Origin: Actinomycetota bacterium
GTDB taxonomy: Bacteria > Actinomycetota > UBA4738
NCBI GenBank assembly: GCA_036259835.1
Contig: DATABA010000022.1
Location: forward strand, 15,087-79,086
Length of the DNA: 64,000 nt
Reading direction: 5' to 3'
The position numbers were made by a program, and so were the translations under genes. The notes under the pieces were generated by a model. That model searched no databases. It was given only the letters and a program-made list of their open reading frames with translations, and was not told where the DNA came from. Of this stretch, positions 27,735 through 36,528 are shown one piece after another. Within the stretch, counting starts at the first letter, position 1. The number at the start of each line of letters is the position of its first letter.

Positions 27735-28496
27735 CTAGTGCGGCCCGAATGGGTTGGGGTCGATCCCTTCGTCCTGGAAGGTGGGGATGACAAGCACCTT
27801 CTTGCTCTGGTCGTCGAAGGCCACCGCGTTGGCGCACTGGCGCCCTTCGTAATCGCCCGGAGCGATCTCGGCGGTCCAATCATCGAAGTGGTGATCTTCG
27901 AGGACCTCCTCGGCGATCTGCAGGGATTGGTCCTGCGTCAAACAGGCGTTGTGTTCCGTGGCCGGCCCTTCCGTAGCAACTTCAAACATGCGCCTCACAA
28001 CCGCATCGCGCATCGCGATGAACCGCTTGGCCTCTCTGACGTAGTCATCGGGCAGATCTTGAAACCCGAGCCTCGTGCAGAGCCCATCGTCATCGCTGGG
28101 GAAGACGTGGATGGCGCCACCTTGCCCAGCGCATGCGGTCATCGCCGGTGCCGGACCGAGGTTCCCGAGATCTCCTCTGTTCCACAGTCGCGTACACACC
28201 TTCCCCGGGTGCTCGCCCGTGGTCGACACGATCGCGACGTTGGAGTCGTCGGTTGGCGCGTCGTGGCAGCCGATCCCGGCGGCGACCACCTGATCGGATT
28301 TCAGAAGGACGTAGCTCGTCGCTGCGACTCCGAGCAAGGCAGCGGGCAGTAGGATCACCGCCAGTCGCCGACGGCGTTTGCGATACGTCAGGCGATTTCG
28401 TTCCTTGGCTATCTCCTTCATGAGAGCTTCCTTTCTCAGCTCGAGCCGAGCGGGAGGAAGGTCCCTTGGGGAGGGTGGTGACAGCAGTTCTTTCAT
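27735..28496 (-). CDS. Putative single-pass anti-sigma factor with Cys-containing extracytoplasmic domain
   Basis: A 4-nt overlap with the upstream ECF sigma gene, a basic stretch plus a TM segment (RRRRLAVILLPAALLGVAATSYVLL), and an extracytoplasmic region of about 190 aa with 6 Cys. No family recognised. Confidence 0.45.
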   Translation of the reverse strand: MKELLSPPSPRDLPPARLELRKEALMKEIAKERNRLTYRKRRRRLAVILLPAALLGVAATSYVLLKSDQVVAAGIGCHDAPTDDSNVAIVSTTGEHPGKVCTRLWNRGDLGNLGPAPAMTACAGQGGAIHVFPSDDDGLCTRLGFQDLPDDYVREAKRFIAMRDAVVRRMFEVATEGPATEHNACLTQDQSLQIAEEVLEDHHFDDWTAEIAPGDYEGRQCANAVAFDDQSKKVLVIPTFQDEGIDPNPFGPH

Positions 28497-29113
28497 CCCT
28501 CGTCCTCGCTCGGTTGTGTGATGGAAGCTCCGGCCAGAGCGCTGCTTTCGTTGCTGTAGTGTCCGGTGCCGAGTGAAAGTTCGCGCAACCGCCGACGCGC
28601 CCGGGCAACGCGGGACTTGACCGTGCCCACAGGGATGCCCAGCGCGAGCCCTGCCTCTTCATAGCTCAGGTCGGACCACACCACGAGCGCCAGCGCCTCT
28701 TGCTCTTGCTCGGGTAGGTCGGCGACCATGTTCAACAGGTTATGCATGCGGCGCTCGTCGTCGAGTCTGTCGGCCGCGTCGTCTTCAGGTAGCAGCCTCG
28801 GCATCTCGGCCTGGACCCGCTGCAGTGCCGCGTCCCGCCTACGCGCTGAGCGCCGTTGGTTCCGCATAAGGTTGGTTGCCGTGCCTAAAAGCCAAGGACG
28901 CAAAGACTCTCCTGAGAGTTGGATCTCGTCCCTCCTGCGCCACGCCTCCAAGAAGGTGGCCGCCATCAGGTCCTCGGCTAGATCCCACTTGCCGACCCGG
29001 CGGAAGCAGTAGTTGTAGACAGCCTTCGCGTGGCGCTCGAATAGTTCGGCAAAAGCGGCGTCTGATCTGGCCGTCTGCTCCCACAGCTTCCTATCGGATG
29101 GGTACTCCATCAC
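28493..29113 (-). CDS. ECF-type RNA polymerase sigma factor
   Basis: AEDLMAATFLEAWRRR...LRPWLLGTATNLMRNQRR (region 2) and LSYEEAGLALGIPVGTVKSRVARARRRL (region 4). Confidence 0.85.
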   Translation of the reverse strand: MMEYPSDRKLWEQTARSDAAFAELFERHAKAVYNYCFRRVGKWDLAEDLMAATFLEAWRRRDEIQLSGESLRPWLLGTATNLMRNQRRSARRRDAALQRVQAEMPRLLPEDDAADRLDDERRMHNLLNMVADLPEQEQEALALVVWSDLSYEEAGLALGIPVGTVKSRVARARRRLRELSLGTGHYSNESSALAGASITQPSEDEG

Positions 29114-29572
29114 CTTCTAATGTCCGATTCGGTCCGCTGGTTCGCGTTCTAGAAGCGAGTCGTCTATCACTCTGTGCGTCCGTGGCTCGGCCTACACTCC
29201 GGCCCATTGGCTCCGATCTTCTTCGACCAGCATGCCTGCAAGCCGCCATCGACAACTGACCTGATAGGACGAGAGCTCGATTGGACCTGCCGTCATTGCC
29301 AGCGACGATGGCGATTGGAGCACTACTTCGCGAAGGATGGCTCGATCGTAGGGCCGTCATGGATCGTGCTTTAGGTTGCTCGGGCTCCTCGCCGCGTTAG
29401 GCGCTGGCCTCTCGCTGATCCTGTTCCTCCGGTCTGGGGATGAGCCGAGCCGGGTCCACTGGTTGGCGTGGGCGATCCTGTCCGCGCTCGTCTTCGTCGT
29501 CTGGATGCTGGTTCTCTAACCGAGCAGGCGGCAAACAGGCGGCAGAATGCAGTGAATGCCGCGTAAACGGTC

Positions 29573-29806
29573 CTAGCGGCGCGCAGCCAAAAAGGGGCTT
29601 TGACAAGCGCTTCTGGCTATTTCCGCGAGGAGCGCCCGCGGGCCCAAATCAAAGAATGCGGCTAGAGCCACAAGCTCTTCGATAGAGATTCCCCGCCGTC
29701 CCGCCTCGGCCTCGATGACTGTTTGTCGGTGCCAAGAGAAACCCAACGTCCGAAATGCGTTGGCTAATTCCTCCGTCTGGCGGTTCTCGGAGCCGACGAA
29801 CGTGAA
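29573..29806 (-). pseudogene. XRE-family HTH regulator fragment (no start codon)
   Basis: Hand translation gives ...TEELANAFRTLGFSWHRQTVIEAEAGRRGISIEELVALAAFFDLGP... It is preceded by an in-frame TAA with no ATG/GTG. Not in the ORF track. Confidence 0.5.
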
Positions 29807-29838
29807 TTAGGCAACGGCGCCGCCGGTGGTCTCTGGAT

Positions 29839-30966
29839 CTAAACCGGTACGAGAAGAGCTTCGTCGATCTGCCAGTGAACTTCCACTTGGCGGGAGATGA
29901 ACGTCGCTCTGGCGCTTGCCTGAGGCGTCCGAACGAAGAGCCGAATTCCTTCCTCTGTTCGAACGACGAACTTGATTACCGGCCCGAGGTAGATCGCCTC
30001 CTCAAGGGTTCCACGCAGGGCCATCTCGCGGCGATCGCCAGTTCCGCCTTGTCCGCTAGCGGGGCGGACGTATGTACGCTCGGGGCGAACGACGAGAGCG
30101 ATCGCATCTCCGCTGGCAAGACCCAGTCGATGAACAGATTTCGGGTCGAGGCGGATCGGGCGTCGCTCCGACCGGACCAGCAAGCTCTCCTCCACGTCCA
30201 GAGTACCTCGGAAGATGTTCGATTCGCCGATGAAGCTAGCCACAAACAAGGAACTCGGCTGTTCGTACAGCTCTTCACCAGTACCAGTTTGTTGAATCCT
30301 TCCCTTGTTGAAGACGGCGATGCGGTCGCTCATCGCCAAGGCTTCTTCCTGGTCGTGCGTTACATAGATGATTGTGACGCCGAGGTCTCGACTGATCTGC
30401 ATGATTTCTAATTGAAGGGCCTCGCGGAGTTGCTTGTCGAGAGCTCCCAAAGGCTCATCCATGAGAAGCACCGGAGGGTGGAACACTAGCGCGCGAGCCA
30501 AGGCGATCCGTTGCTGCTGCCCTCCGGAGAGCTGGCGCGGATAACGATCACCTAACTGCTCGAGTCGGACCAACCGAAGTGCCTCGTCGACCATGCGATG
30601 AATCTCGTGCCGAGGGAGCCGTCGCGCCTCGAGCGGAAACGCAACGTTCTCGGCGGCGGTCATGTGCGGAAACAAAGCGTAGTTCTGGAAGACCATCCCC
30701 AGGTTCCGCTTATGGGGCGGCATTCCGGTGAGGTCGCGACCGTCGAGGTTCACGCTTCCGGCGTGCGGATGAATGAATCCGGCGATAACCCGAAGCAGCG
30801 TCGTCTTTCCGGCGCCTGATGGGCCCAGAAGCGTGAGGAACTCGCCCGGCTGTACCTCCAGTGTGATGTCCTCGATCGCCACCTCGTCACCGTAGAGGCG
30901 TGTGACGCCTTCTACCGAAAGCGCCCCGACTTCGGTTCTCTCCGGCCGGATCACTCTGGTCGTCAA
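29839..30966 (-). CDS. ABC transporter ATP-binding protein (PotA/UgpC-like)
   Basis: [30 protein letters not shown] and a TOBE-like C-terminus. Trimmed from the 579-aa track ORF to TTG 30966, which overlaps the permease stop (TTGA). GTG 30954 is an alternative start. Confidence 0.85.
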   Translation of the reverse strand: MTTRVIRPERTEVGALSVEGVTRLYGDEVAIEDITLEVQPGEFLTLLGPSGAGKTTLLRVIAGFIHPHAGSVNLDGRDLTGMPPHKRNLGMVFQNYALFPHMTAAENVAFPLEARRLPRHEIHRMVDEALRLVRLEQLGDRYPRQLSGGQQQRIALARALVFHPPVLLMDEPLGALDKQLREALQLEIMQISRDLGVTIIYVTHDQEEALAMSDRIAVFNKGRIQQTGTGEELYEQPSSLFVASFIGESNIFRGTLDVEESLLVRSERRPIRLDPKSVHRLGLASGDAIALVVRPERTYVRPASGQGGTGDRREMALRGTLEEAIYLGPVIKFVVRTEEGIRLFVRTPQASARATFISRQVEVHWQIDEALLVPV

Positions 30967-31766
30967 CTGATCCTTTGCGCGCGCTTGCGAGGGAGTAGCA
31001 CGAGCATCAGCAGACCGAACGTGACCCCGGTCAATACGGTCGCCATTGCAGCGATCGTTGGCTCGATGACGCTCCGGACCTGTCCCCACATCACGACGGG
31101 AAGCGTTCGAACGACTGGGCTCGAGAGGAAGATGGACACGACCACCTCGTCCCAGGAGGTGATGAAAGCGAAGAGGGCCCCCGTGACGATGCTTGGCCTC
31201 GTCAGGGGCAGCGTTATCCGGAGGAATGTCCGGACGGGACCGGCGCCCAGGCTCCTTGCGGCGACCTCGAGCGCTGGATCTAGGTTCTGCAAACTGGCCC
31301 CGACGACGATGACCACCAGTGGGAGCGCGAGCGCGGTATGGGCAAGGACAAGTCCATGGAAAGTACCGATGAGCTTCCAATCTGAGTACACGAAGAACAT
31401 CCCAATAGCGACCACCACGACTGGTGTTACCAACGGAGACATCACAAGGCCGGAAATGGCGGCCCGCCCCGGGTACCGGCCTCGCACCAGTCCAAGCGCT
31501 GTGACTGTTCCGAGCGATGTCGCGAGACCAGCTGTGGCGACCCCGACTTTGAGACTGGTGACGAGTCCGGCTGTCCAACTGGGATCGTCAAACAAAGTCC
31601 CGTACCAGCGGATGCTAAAACGGGTTGGTGGGAATGTGAGCAGCCCGCCGGCCGAAAATGACATGGGAATGACGATGAGCGTCGGGACGATCAGAAGCAG
31701 GGCAACGAGTCCGGCATACCCATATATCGCGACGTTCCAGTCGAGGATGCGTTTGCCCGCCATCAA
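30963..31766 (-). CDS. ABC transporter permease (PotC-like)
   Basis: Six TM helices and the EAA loop EVAARSLGAGPVRTFLRITLPL. Confidence 0.8.
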   Translation of the reverse strand: MMAGKRILDWNVAIYGYAGLVALLLIVPTLIVIPMSFSAGGLLTFPPTRFSIRWYGTLFDDPSWTAGLVTSLKVGVATAGLATSLGTVTALGLVRGRYPGRAAISGLVMSPLVTPVVVVAIGMFFVYSDWKLIGTFHGLVLAHTALALPLVVIVVGASLQNLDPALEVAARSLGAGPVRTFLRITLPLTRPSIVTGALFAFITSWDEVVVSIFLSSPVVRTLPVVMWGQVRSVIEPTIAAMATVLTGVTFGLLMLVLLPRKRAQRIS

Positions 31767-32716
31767 TCTTGGGCAGGCCCGAAAGCTTCACTAATCCGGA
31801 CGAAGCGGCTTCCGACCCAGAGAAGGATGAGCGTCACAGCGAGAAGAGTTATGGCTAGGGCACTCCCCGTTCCGAACTGCAGACGCTCGGTAACCATGTT
31901 GACGACGAGTTCACTGAACATGGCATTGCGCGGGTTTCCGAGTAGCGAGGGAGTGATGTAGAAGCCTAGGGACAACACGAATACGAGGAGACACCCCGCC
32001 GCGACACCGGGGAGGCTTAGGGGCATGAAGACGCGGAGGAACGCTCTGGCGGCGCTCGCGCCCAACCCTTTCGCGGCCGGGATCAGGTCAGCATCGATTC
32101 GCCGCATCGCTGCGAAGACTGGCAAGACCATGAAGGGCAGGAGGATGTGGCTCATGCCGATCGTGACGCCGAGCGTGTTTCGCATTAGTGCCACGGGATG
32201 TTCAATGACGCCAAGCCGGAGCAACAGCGAGTTGATGACGCCAGTGTCGCCAAGCAGAACGGTCCAGGCATACGTTCGAACGAGCAAGCTCGACCAGAAC
32301 GGAACCAGTACCAAAGCCGCGAGCAGCGCTCGGAGCCGGTTTCCGCTGTGGTTCATGGCGTAGGCGTATGGGTAGCCAAGCGCGATACAAATCACTGTGA
32401 CGAGCAGAGATATTCGGATCGTCGTCCACAAGACTCTGGCGTAAACGGAAGATTCGACGAACACCAAGTAGTTCTCTGGCCCCGGATCGGTGAAGCTCCG
32501 GGCTCCCATTCGGAAGACAGGGAGCACGAAGAAGAGTGTCAGAAAGACGACCCCTGGAATCGCGAGAACGGCCCACCCATCGAGTAGCTTGCGCCGGGGC
32601 GGTTCCGCCGCTTCTGAGTTCCCGGTCAATTTGGCGAGCACCGGGCTACGACCAATCAGGTCTGAAGCCACTCCTGCCATCGCCGATCGACGGCGTCGAA
32701 ATTCTCGTCCCACCAA
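31763..32716 (-). CDS. ABC transporter permease (PotB-like)
   Basis: TM-rich, with the EAA loop PAAKGLGASAARAFLRVFMPL. The start may be the internal Met near 32680. Confidence 0.8.
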   Translation of the reverse strand: MVGREFRRRRSAMAGVASDLIGRSPVLAKLTGNSEAAEPPRRKLLDGWAVLAIPGVVFLTLFFVLPVFRMGARSFTDPGPENYLVFVESSVYARVLWTTIRISLLVTVICIALGYPYAYAMNHSGNRLRALLAALVLVPFWSSLLVRTYAWTVLLGDTGVINSLLLRLGVIEHPVALMRNTLGVTIGMSHILLPFMVLPVFAAMRRIDADLIPAAKGLGASAARAFLRVFMPLSLPGVAAGCLLVFVLSLGFYITPSLLGNPRNAMFSELVVNMVTERLQFGTGSALAITLLAVTLILLWVGSRFVRISEAFGPAQD

Positions 32717-33708
32717 ACGTCGTTGAAGCCTATGCCGGTCTCAACGTAGGACGTCGGAAGGTCGCGTTCCTTCGTCCGATCGACGTTGTTGACCGCTCCC
32801 TCGTTCGCAGGAGCGTACGCAATGTGCTTGCTGATCTCAGCGTTGTTCTTGTCTGACACGATCCATGAGATCAGCTGCATAGCTGCTCGAACGTTCTTCG
32901 AGCCCTTCGGGACCACCAAGTAATCGGCGGTGAGTATGTGTTGATCCCACATGATGTCGACGGGAGCGCCTTCCCGCTGGATATCGAAAATGCGGCCGTT
33001 CCAGCTCATTCCCATGGCTACTTCCCCGTCTGCGAGGAGCTGTGCCGACTGCGCGCCCGAGTCGTACCAGACGATCTGGTCCTTGACCGTGTCGAGTTTC
33101 GCGAACGCCCTGTCCAAGTCGAGCGGGTAGAGCTCATCTGCCTGAACACCATCCGCGAGGAGCGCCATCTCCAGGAGGCCCCAGGATGCGTAGTTGAAGG
33201 CCCCGCGTTTTCCAGGGAACTTCTTCAGATCAAAGAAGTCAGCGAAACTCGTTGGTTGCTTTCCAGCAAACGCGTCTGACCTATAACCGACGACGACCGA
33301 ATAGACGATATCTGGAACCCGGTATCCTCTGGTCGGGAAGAGATCCGACTGGAGCTCGTCGCAGGGAACGATCTTGCAATCGATGGGCTCGAGGACGTCG
33401 TGATCGCTCGCCAACCCGAAGTCGTTCCCGACTTCAACTACGTCCCATGTGACGTTTCCCGATTCAACCATGGCCTGGAGCTTCGCGTAGTCGGTGGGCT
33501 CCTCCTGGACAATCCTGACGTTCGGATTGGCCTTCATGAAGGGCTCCAGCCACGCGTTGGTCTGGGCCTGCTGATACGCGCCTCCAAAGCTTACGAAGGT
33601 CAACGTGACCGGCTCACCGCCTCGCCGCGTCTCCGGCCCTCCACAGGCCGCAGCGATCAGTGCCAGTACGGAAAAGGTCGTCGCGATTCTCCGCCAGGTC
33701 ATCCGCAC
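32656..33708 (-). CDS. Extracellular solute-binding lipoprotein (family 1, PotD/PotF-like)
   Basis: Lipobox VLALIAAACGG. It is about 350 aa and is the first gene of the ABC operon. Confidence 0.75.
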   Translation of the reverse strand: MRMTWRRIATTFSVLALIAAACGGPETRRGGEPVTLTFVSFGGAYQQAQTNAWLEPFMKANPNVRIVQEEPTDYAKLQAMVESGNVTWDVVEVGNDFGLASDHDVLEPIDCKIVPCDELQSDLFPTRGYRVPDIVYSVVVGYRSDAFAGKQPTSFADFFDLKKFPGKRGAFNYASWGLLEMALLADGVQADELYPLDLDRAFAKLDTVKDQIVWYDSGAQSAQLLADGEVAMGMSWNGRIFDIQREGAPVDIMWDQHILTADYLVVPKGSKNVRAAMQLISWIVSDKNNAEISKHIAYAPANEGAVNNVDRTKERDLPTSYVETGIGFNDVWWDENFDAVDRRWQEWLQT

Positions 33709-33742
33709 CTCCTGCCGACGTGTCCGATCGCAGCATAAGAGC

Positions 33743-33760
33743 TAACCAAGCGCTTGGTCA
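33743..33760. promoter_or_regulatory. Candidate TetR operator 2 (palindrome TAACCAAGCGCTTGGTCA)
   Basis: The core ACCAAGCGCTTGGT is a perfect 14-bp palindrome about 35 nt upstream of the SBP start. It matches the site at 34549 in 15/18 positions. Confidence 0.55.
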
Positions 33761-33824
33761 ACCGAGCCTCGCGGTCCGTGGACCTGCGGCGGGCCTAGCA
33801 GAAGCTCGCGGGTGGGGCGGTTCG

Positions 33825-34502
33825 CTACTTGCTGCCTCGTGTTGACCGTGAAAGGTTCGGCTCTTTCTGGCCGGAGGTACCCACGTCGCGTTCGGCTGCG
33901 ACGATCCGGTTGAACAGACTCGTGAGCAGGTGCTCGGTCTGAAGTGCCGGGTCGAGAACCTGCTGCTGAACGAGCCCGTCAGCTGCGGAAGCAAAGGCCT
34001 CTCCCACGCCGTGCGGGTCTAGTGAGATAAGGCTGAGCTCGTCGGCGACCTCGCGGAAAAGCGTGACGAACGGCTTCCGCCAGCGCGCGTACTCGCCGGC
34101 TAGGTGCTCCCGGACCTCTTCGTCGCCCAACGCGAACCAAAACAGCGCAAGGTGTACCCGCATGACTTCGATGGTCGCGGGTTCCGCCATCCAAGCGATG
34201 ACCGACCGGGCACGAGATTCCGCGGGACCAGCGCCATTGACGATCCGCTCCAGCGGCTCGACCCAGTCGCGCCTGGCGTGTTCGACCAGAGCTAGGACAA
34301 GGTCTCTCTTGTCCTTGAAGTGGTAATGGCACATGCCGTGCGAGACGCCTGCTATGGCCGCCACCCGGCGCGTGGTAAAGCGGTTGATTCCCTCTTCGGC
34401 CAGCACCTGGCGCGCAGCCTCGAGGATTCGACTACGCGTCTCTTCCCCACGACTAAGCCGCTCCGCTGAGGCGTTCCGCACGACCACGACAGAGTCCATC
34501 AT
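33825..34502 (-). CDS. TetR/AcrR-family transcriptional regulator
   Basis: HTH FTTRRVAAIAGVSHGMCHYHFKDKRDLV. Confidence 0.85.
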   Translation of the reverse strand: MMDSVVVVRNASAERLSRGEETRSRILEAARQVLAEEGINRFTTRRVAAIAGVSHGMCHYHFKDKRDLVLALVEHARRDWVEPLERIVNGAGPAESRARSVIAWMAEPATIEVMRVHLALFWFALGDEEVREHLAGEYARWRKPFVTLFREVADELSLISLDPHGVGEAFASAADGLVQQQVLDPALQTEHLLTSLFNRIVAAERDVGTSGQKEPNLSRSTRGSK

Positions 34503-34548
34503 GACGGAACTCGGCCCCCGTGCGGCTCACGCATCCGCCTCTCCCAGT

Positions 34549-34566
34549 TGACCAGACGCTTGGTCA
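34549..34566. promoter_or_regulatory. Candidate TetR operator 1 (TGACCAGACGCTTGGTCA)
   Basis: Inverted arms TGACCA/TGGTCA separated by 6 nt, about 47 nt upstream of the tetR start. The site lies in the divergent intergenic region shared with the 34722 operon. Confidence 0.55.
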
Positions 34567-34721
34567 GTTCTAGAGTCTGGACCTCCCTAGCCAGGGGTCG
34601 GAGGCATGCGAGCTGTGTGGGATCACGGTGGCGCTGCGTTGCGTCAGCGCCAGTGTCAGCTTCGGTGCTCGGCGCGCCGTGGTTTTCGCCCCCGGGGACC
34701 GATTCCACCTAATCCTCAGCA

Positions 34722-35528
34722 GTGCGGCCGCTTCGGCGCATGACCGAGCTCGACATGTGCGCTCGGACACATGACGACCTCGCCTCAAAGGCACTTCAGA
34801 TTGTGGAGCAAGCGTCGGCCATGGGCCTTTCTCTCCGAATCCTCGGAGGCGTGGTGATCCGCTGGTACGTGACGGTCGCTCGGGAGACTTACGACGTCCT
34901 GCGCCCGGTTCCGAACGACATCGATCTTCTCGCTCCGCTCAAGTCGAGCCATGCCATACGGAAAACGCTCACGTCATTGGGATACGAACCCGACGATCGG
35001 CTCATTGCTTGGCGCGGGGACCAGCGTCACCGTTACTGCGAGGCGTCGAACGGTGGAGGCGTGTACATCGACGTGTTCCTCGGCACGCCGCCCCAGTGTC
35101 ATCGACTGGAACTCGCGCACGCGCTGGCCACGCCGGGTCCGGCGCTGCCTCCCACCCTTTTGCTGCTTACGAAGCTCCAGATCGCATCCATCAACGAGAA
35201 GGACCTGATAGATGTGGGCTTCCTTCTCTTGGAGTCTCCGTCGGCGCTGACGAACGACGGCAGTGAGGCGTCCATATCGCTCGGATACTTGGCGGACGTT
35301 CTCCGCAGAGACTGGGGATTTCACCATACGGCGTTGGGCAATCTCCGGAAACTGTCAGAAAAGCTGGATTCTCTCTTTCCAGCGACTTTCCGTTCAGTGG
35401 TTGACGAGCGGATCAACGCACTGACCCGCGTTATTCAAGAGGCTCCGAAGACACTTCGCTGGAAGGTTCGGTCAAAGGTCGGCACCCGATGGCAGTGGTA
35501 CCAAGACGTCGAAGAGGTCGTCCGGTGA
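34722..35528 (+). CDS. Pol-beta-fold nucleotidyltransferase-like protein (uncharacterised NTase family)
   Basis: LRILGGVVIRWYV...RPVPNDIDLLAP...LTSLGY carries the GG...DxD pattern seen in PF14907-type and aminoglycoside NTases (pattern recognised by eye). Confidence 0.45.
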   Translation: MRPLRRMTELDMCARTHDDLASKALQIVEQASAMGLSLRILGGVVIRWYVTVARETYDVLRPVPNDIDLLAPLKSSHAIRKTLTSLGYEPDDRLIAWRGDQRHRYCEASNGGGVYIDVFLGTPPQCHRLELAHALATPGPALPPTLLLLTKLQIASINEKDLIDVGFLLLESPSALTNDGSEASISLGYLADVLRRDWGFHHTALGNLRKLSEKLDSLFPATFRSVVDERINALTRVIQEAPKTLRWKVRSKVGTRWQWYQDVEEVVR

Positions 35529-35541
35529 GGGAGAAGCTGGC

Positions 35542-36513
35542 ATGATCCGGCGGCCGAAGGCTCGGGCGAACCGTCGCCGACTGCTGTTCGTGACCGACCT
35601 TCACGGGAGCGACCTCACGTTCCGCAAACTCCTGAAGGCGCTCGAGGTGTGGCGCCCCGACGCCGTCATAGCGGGCGGAGATGTTGCTGGGAAAGCGATG
35701 GTCCCTGTCGTCGACCTCGGGGACAAGTTCCGCCTGAAGTGGATGGGGCAGGTCCACGAGTTCGCCAGTCGCGAGTTGTCCACTTTCCTGGAGAAGGTCG
35801 GCCAGGTCGGTTTCTATTGGCACATCGCACCCGTCGAAGAGATCGAAGCGATGCGCGACGACCCGGTCAGAACGAATCGCATCTTCGAGGAGGTGATTGC
35901 TCGTCGCTGGTCCGCTTGGCTCGAACGGCTGGAAGATCGCTGTCGCCAACTTCGGGTCCCGGCCTACGTCATGGCGGGCAATGACGACCCGTGGAGTCTG
36001 GATGCGGTCACCTTGGTTCAGCGCGAATGGGTCACTCCCGCCGATGGCGCAGTTGTTCCGGTTCTGGATCACTGGATGCTCGTCTCTTGTGGACTCGGAA
36101 ATCCGACGCCGTGGCAATGCCCTCGGGATGTCTCCGAGAGTGAGTTAGCCGACAAACTTCGAAGCATCACTGAGGGGCTAAAAGACTTCAGCAACGTCAT
36201 CGCCAACATCCACCCACCCCCATTCGATTCGACGCTCGATCTGGCACCGAAGCTCGATACGTCCGTTTCGCCGCCTCGGCCGGTCCCAGGCGAGATTGCT
36301 CCAGTCGGTAGCACAGCGGTAAGGGATTTCCTCGCCGACGCTCAGCCGCTGCTCAGTTTGCACGGCCACATTCATGAATCGCGGGCTGCTGTTCGGCTCG
36401 GGAGGACGTGGGCCGTCAATCCCGGGAGCGAATACGCGGAGGGCGTCCTCCGAGCGGCCCTCGTGACGGTCGAGCCATCCAGAGTCGTGAGTCATCAACT
36501 GGTGGCGGCATGA
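35542..36513 (+). CDS. Calcineurin-like metallophosphoesterase
   Basis: LLFVTDLHGS, AGGDVAGK, MAGNDDPW and LHGHIHES follow the canonical D-x-H / GD / GNH(D) / GH-x-H pattern. Confidence 0.75.
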   Translation: MIRRPKARANRRRLLFVTDLHGSDLTFRKLLKALEVWRPDAVIAGGDVAGKAMVPVVDLGDKFRLKWMGQVHEFASRELSTFLEKVGQVGFYWHIAPVEEIEAMRDDPVRTNRIFEEVIARRWSAWLERLEDRCRQLRVPAYVMAGNDDPWSLDAVTLVQREWVTPADGAVVPVLDHWMLVSCGLGNPTPWQCPRDVSESELADKLRSITEGLKDFSNVIANIHPPPFDSTLDLAPKLDTSVSPPRPVPGEIAPVGSTAVRDFLADAQPLLSLHGHIHESRAAVRLGRTWAVNPGSEYAEGVLRAALVTVEPSRVVSHQLVAA

Positions 36514-36528
36514 GAAAGGAGGCAGGCA

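Noticed and set aside
29174-29374. 66-aa ORF with WTCRHCQRRW
   Set aside because: It has a single CxxC, no recognisable family and no obvious RBS, and it sits in a decayed region. Evidence is insufficient to call a gene.
29840-30005. Apparent 1-nt inconsistency between my manual base counting and the ORF-track frames
   Set aside because: This is most likely my own counting error on the printed blocks and not a biological frameshift. The ATPase translation is continuous in the track, so I used the track coordinates.
29839-31578. Full 579-aa extent of the ATPase ORF, and similar long N-terminal extensions at 4447, 19837-20895, 52045-53313 and 53706-55361
   Set aside because: The upstream parts overlap well-supported neighbouring genes and are compositionally junk. 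Conserved N-terminal motifs and overlapping stop/start couplings indicate the shorter starts given in the feature list.
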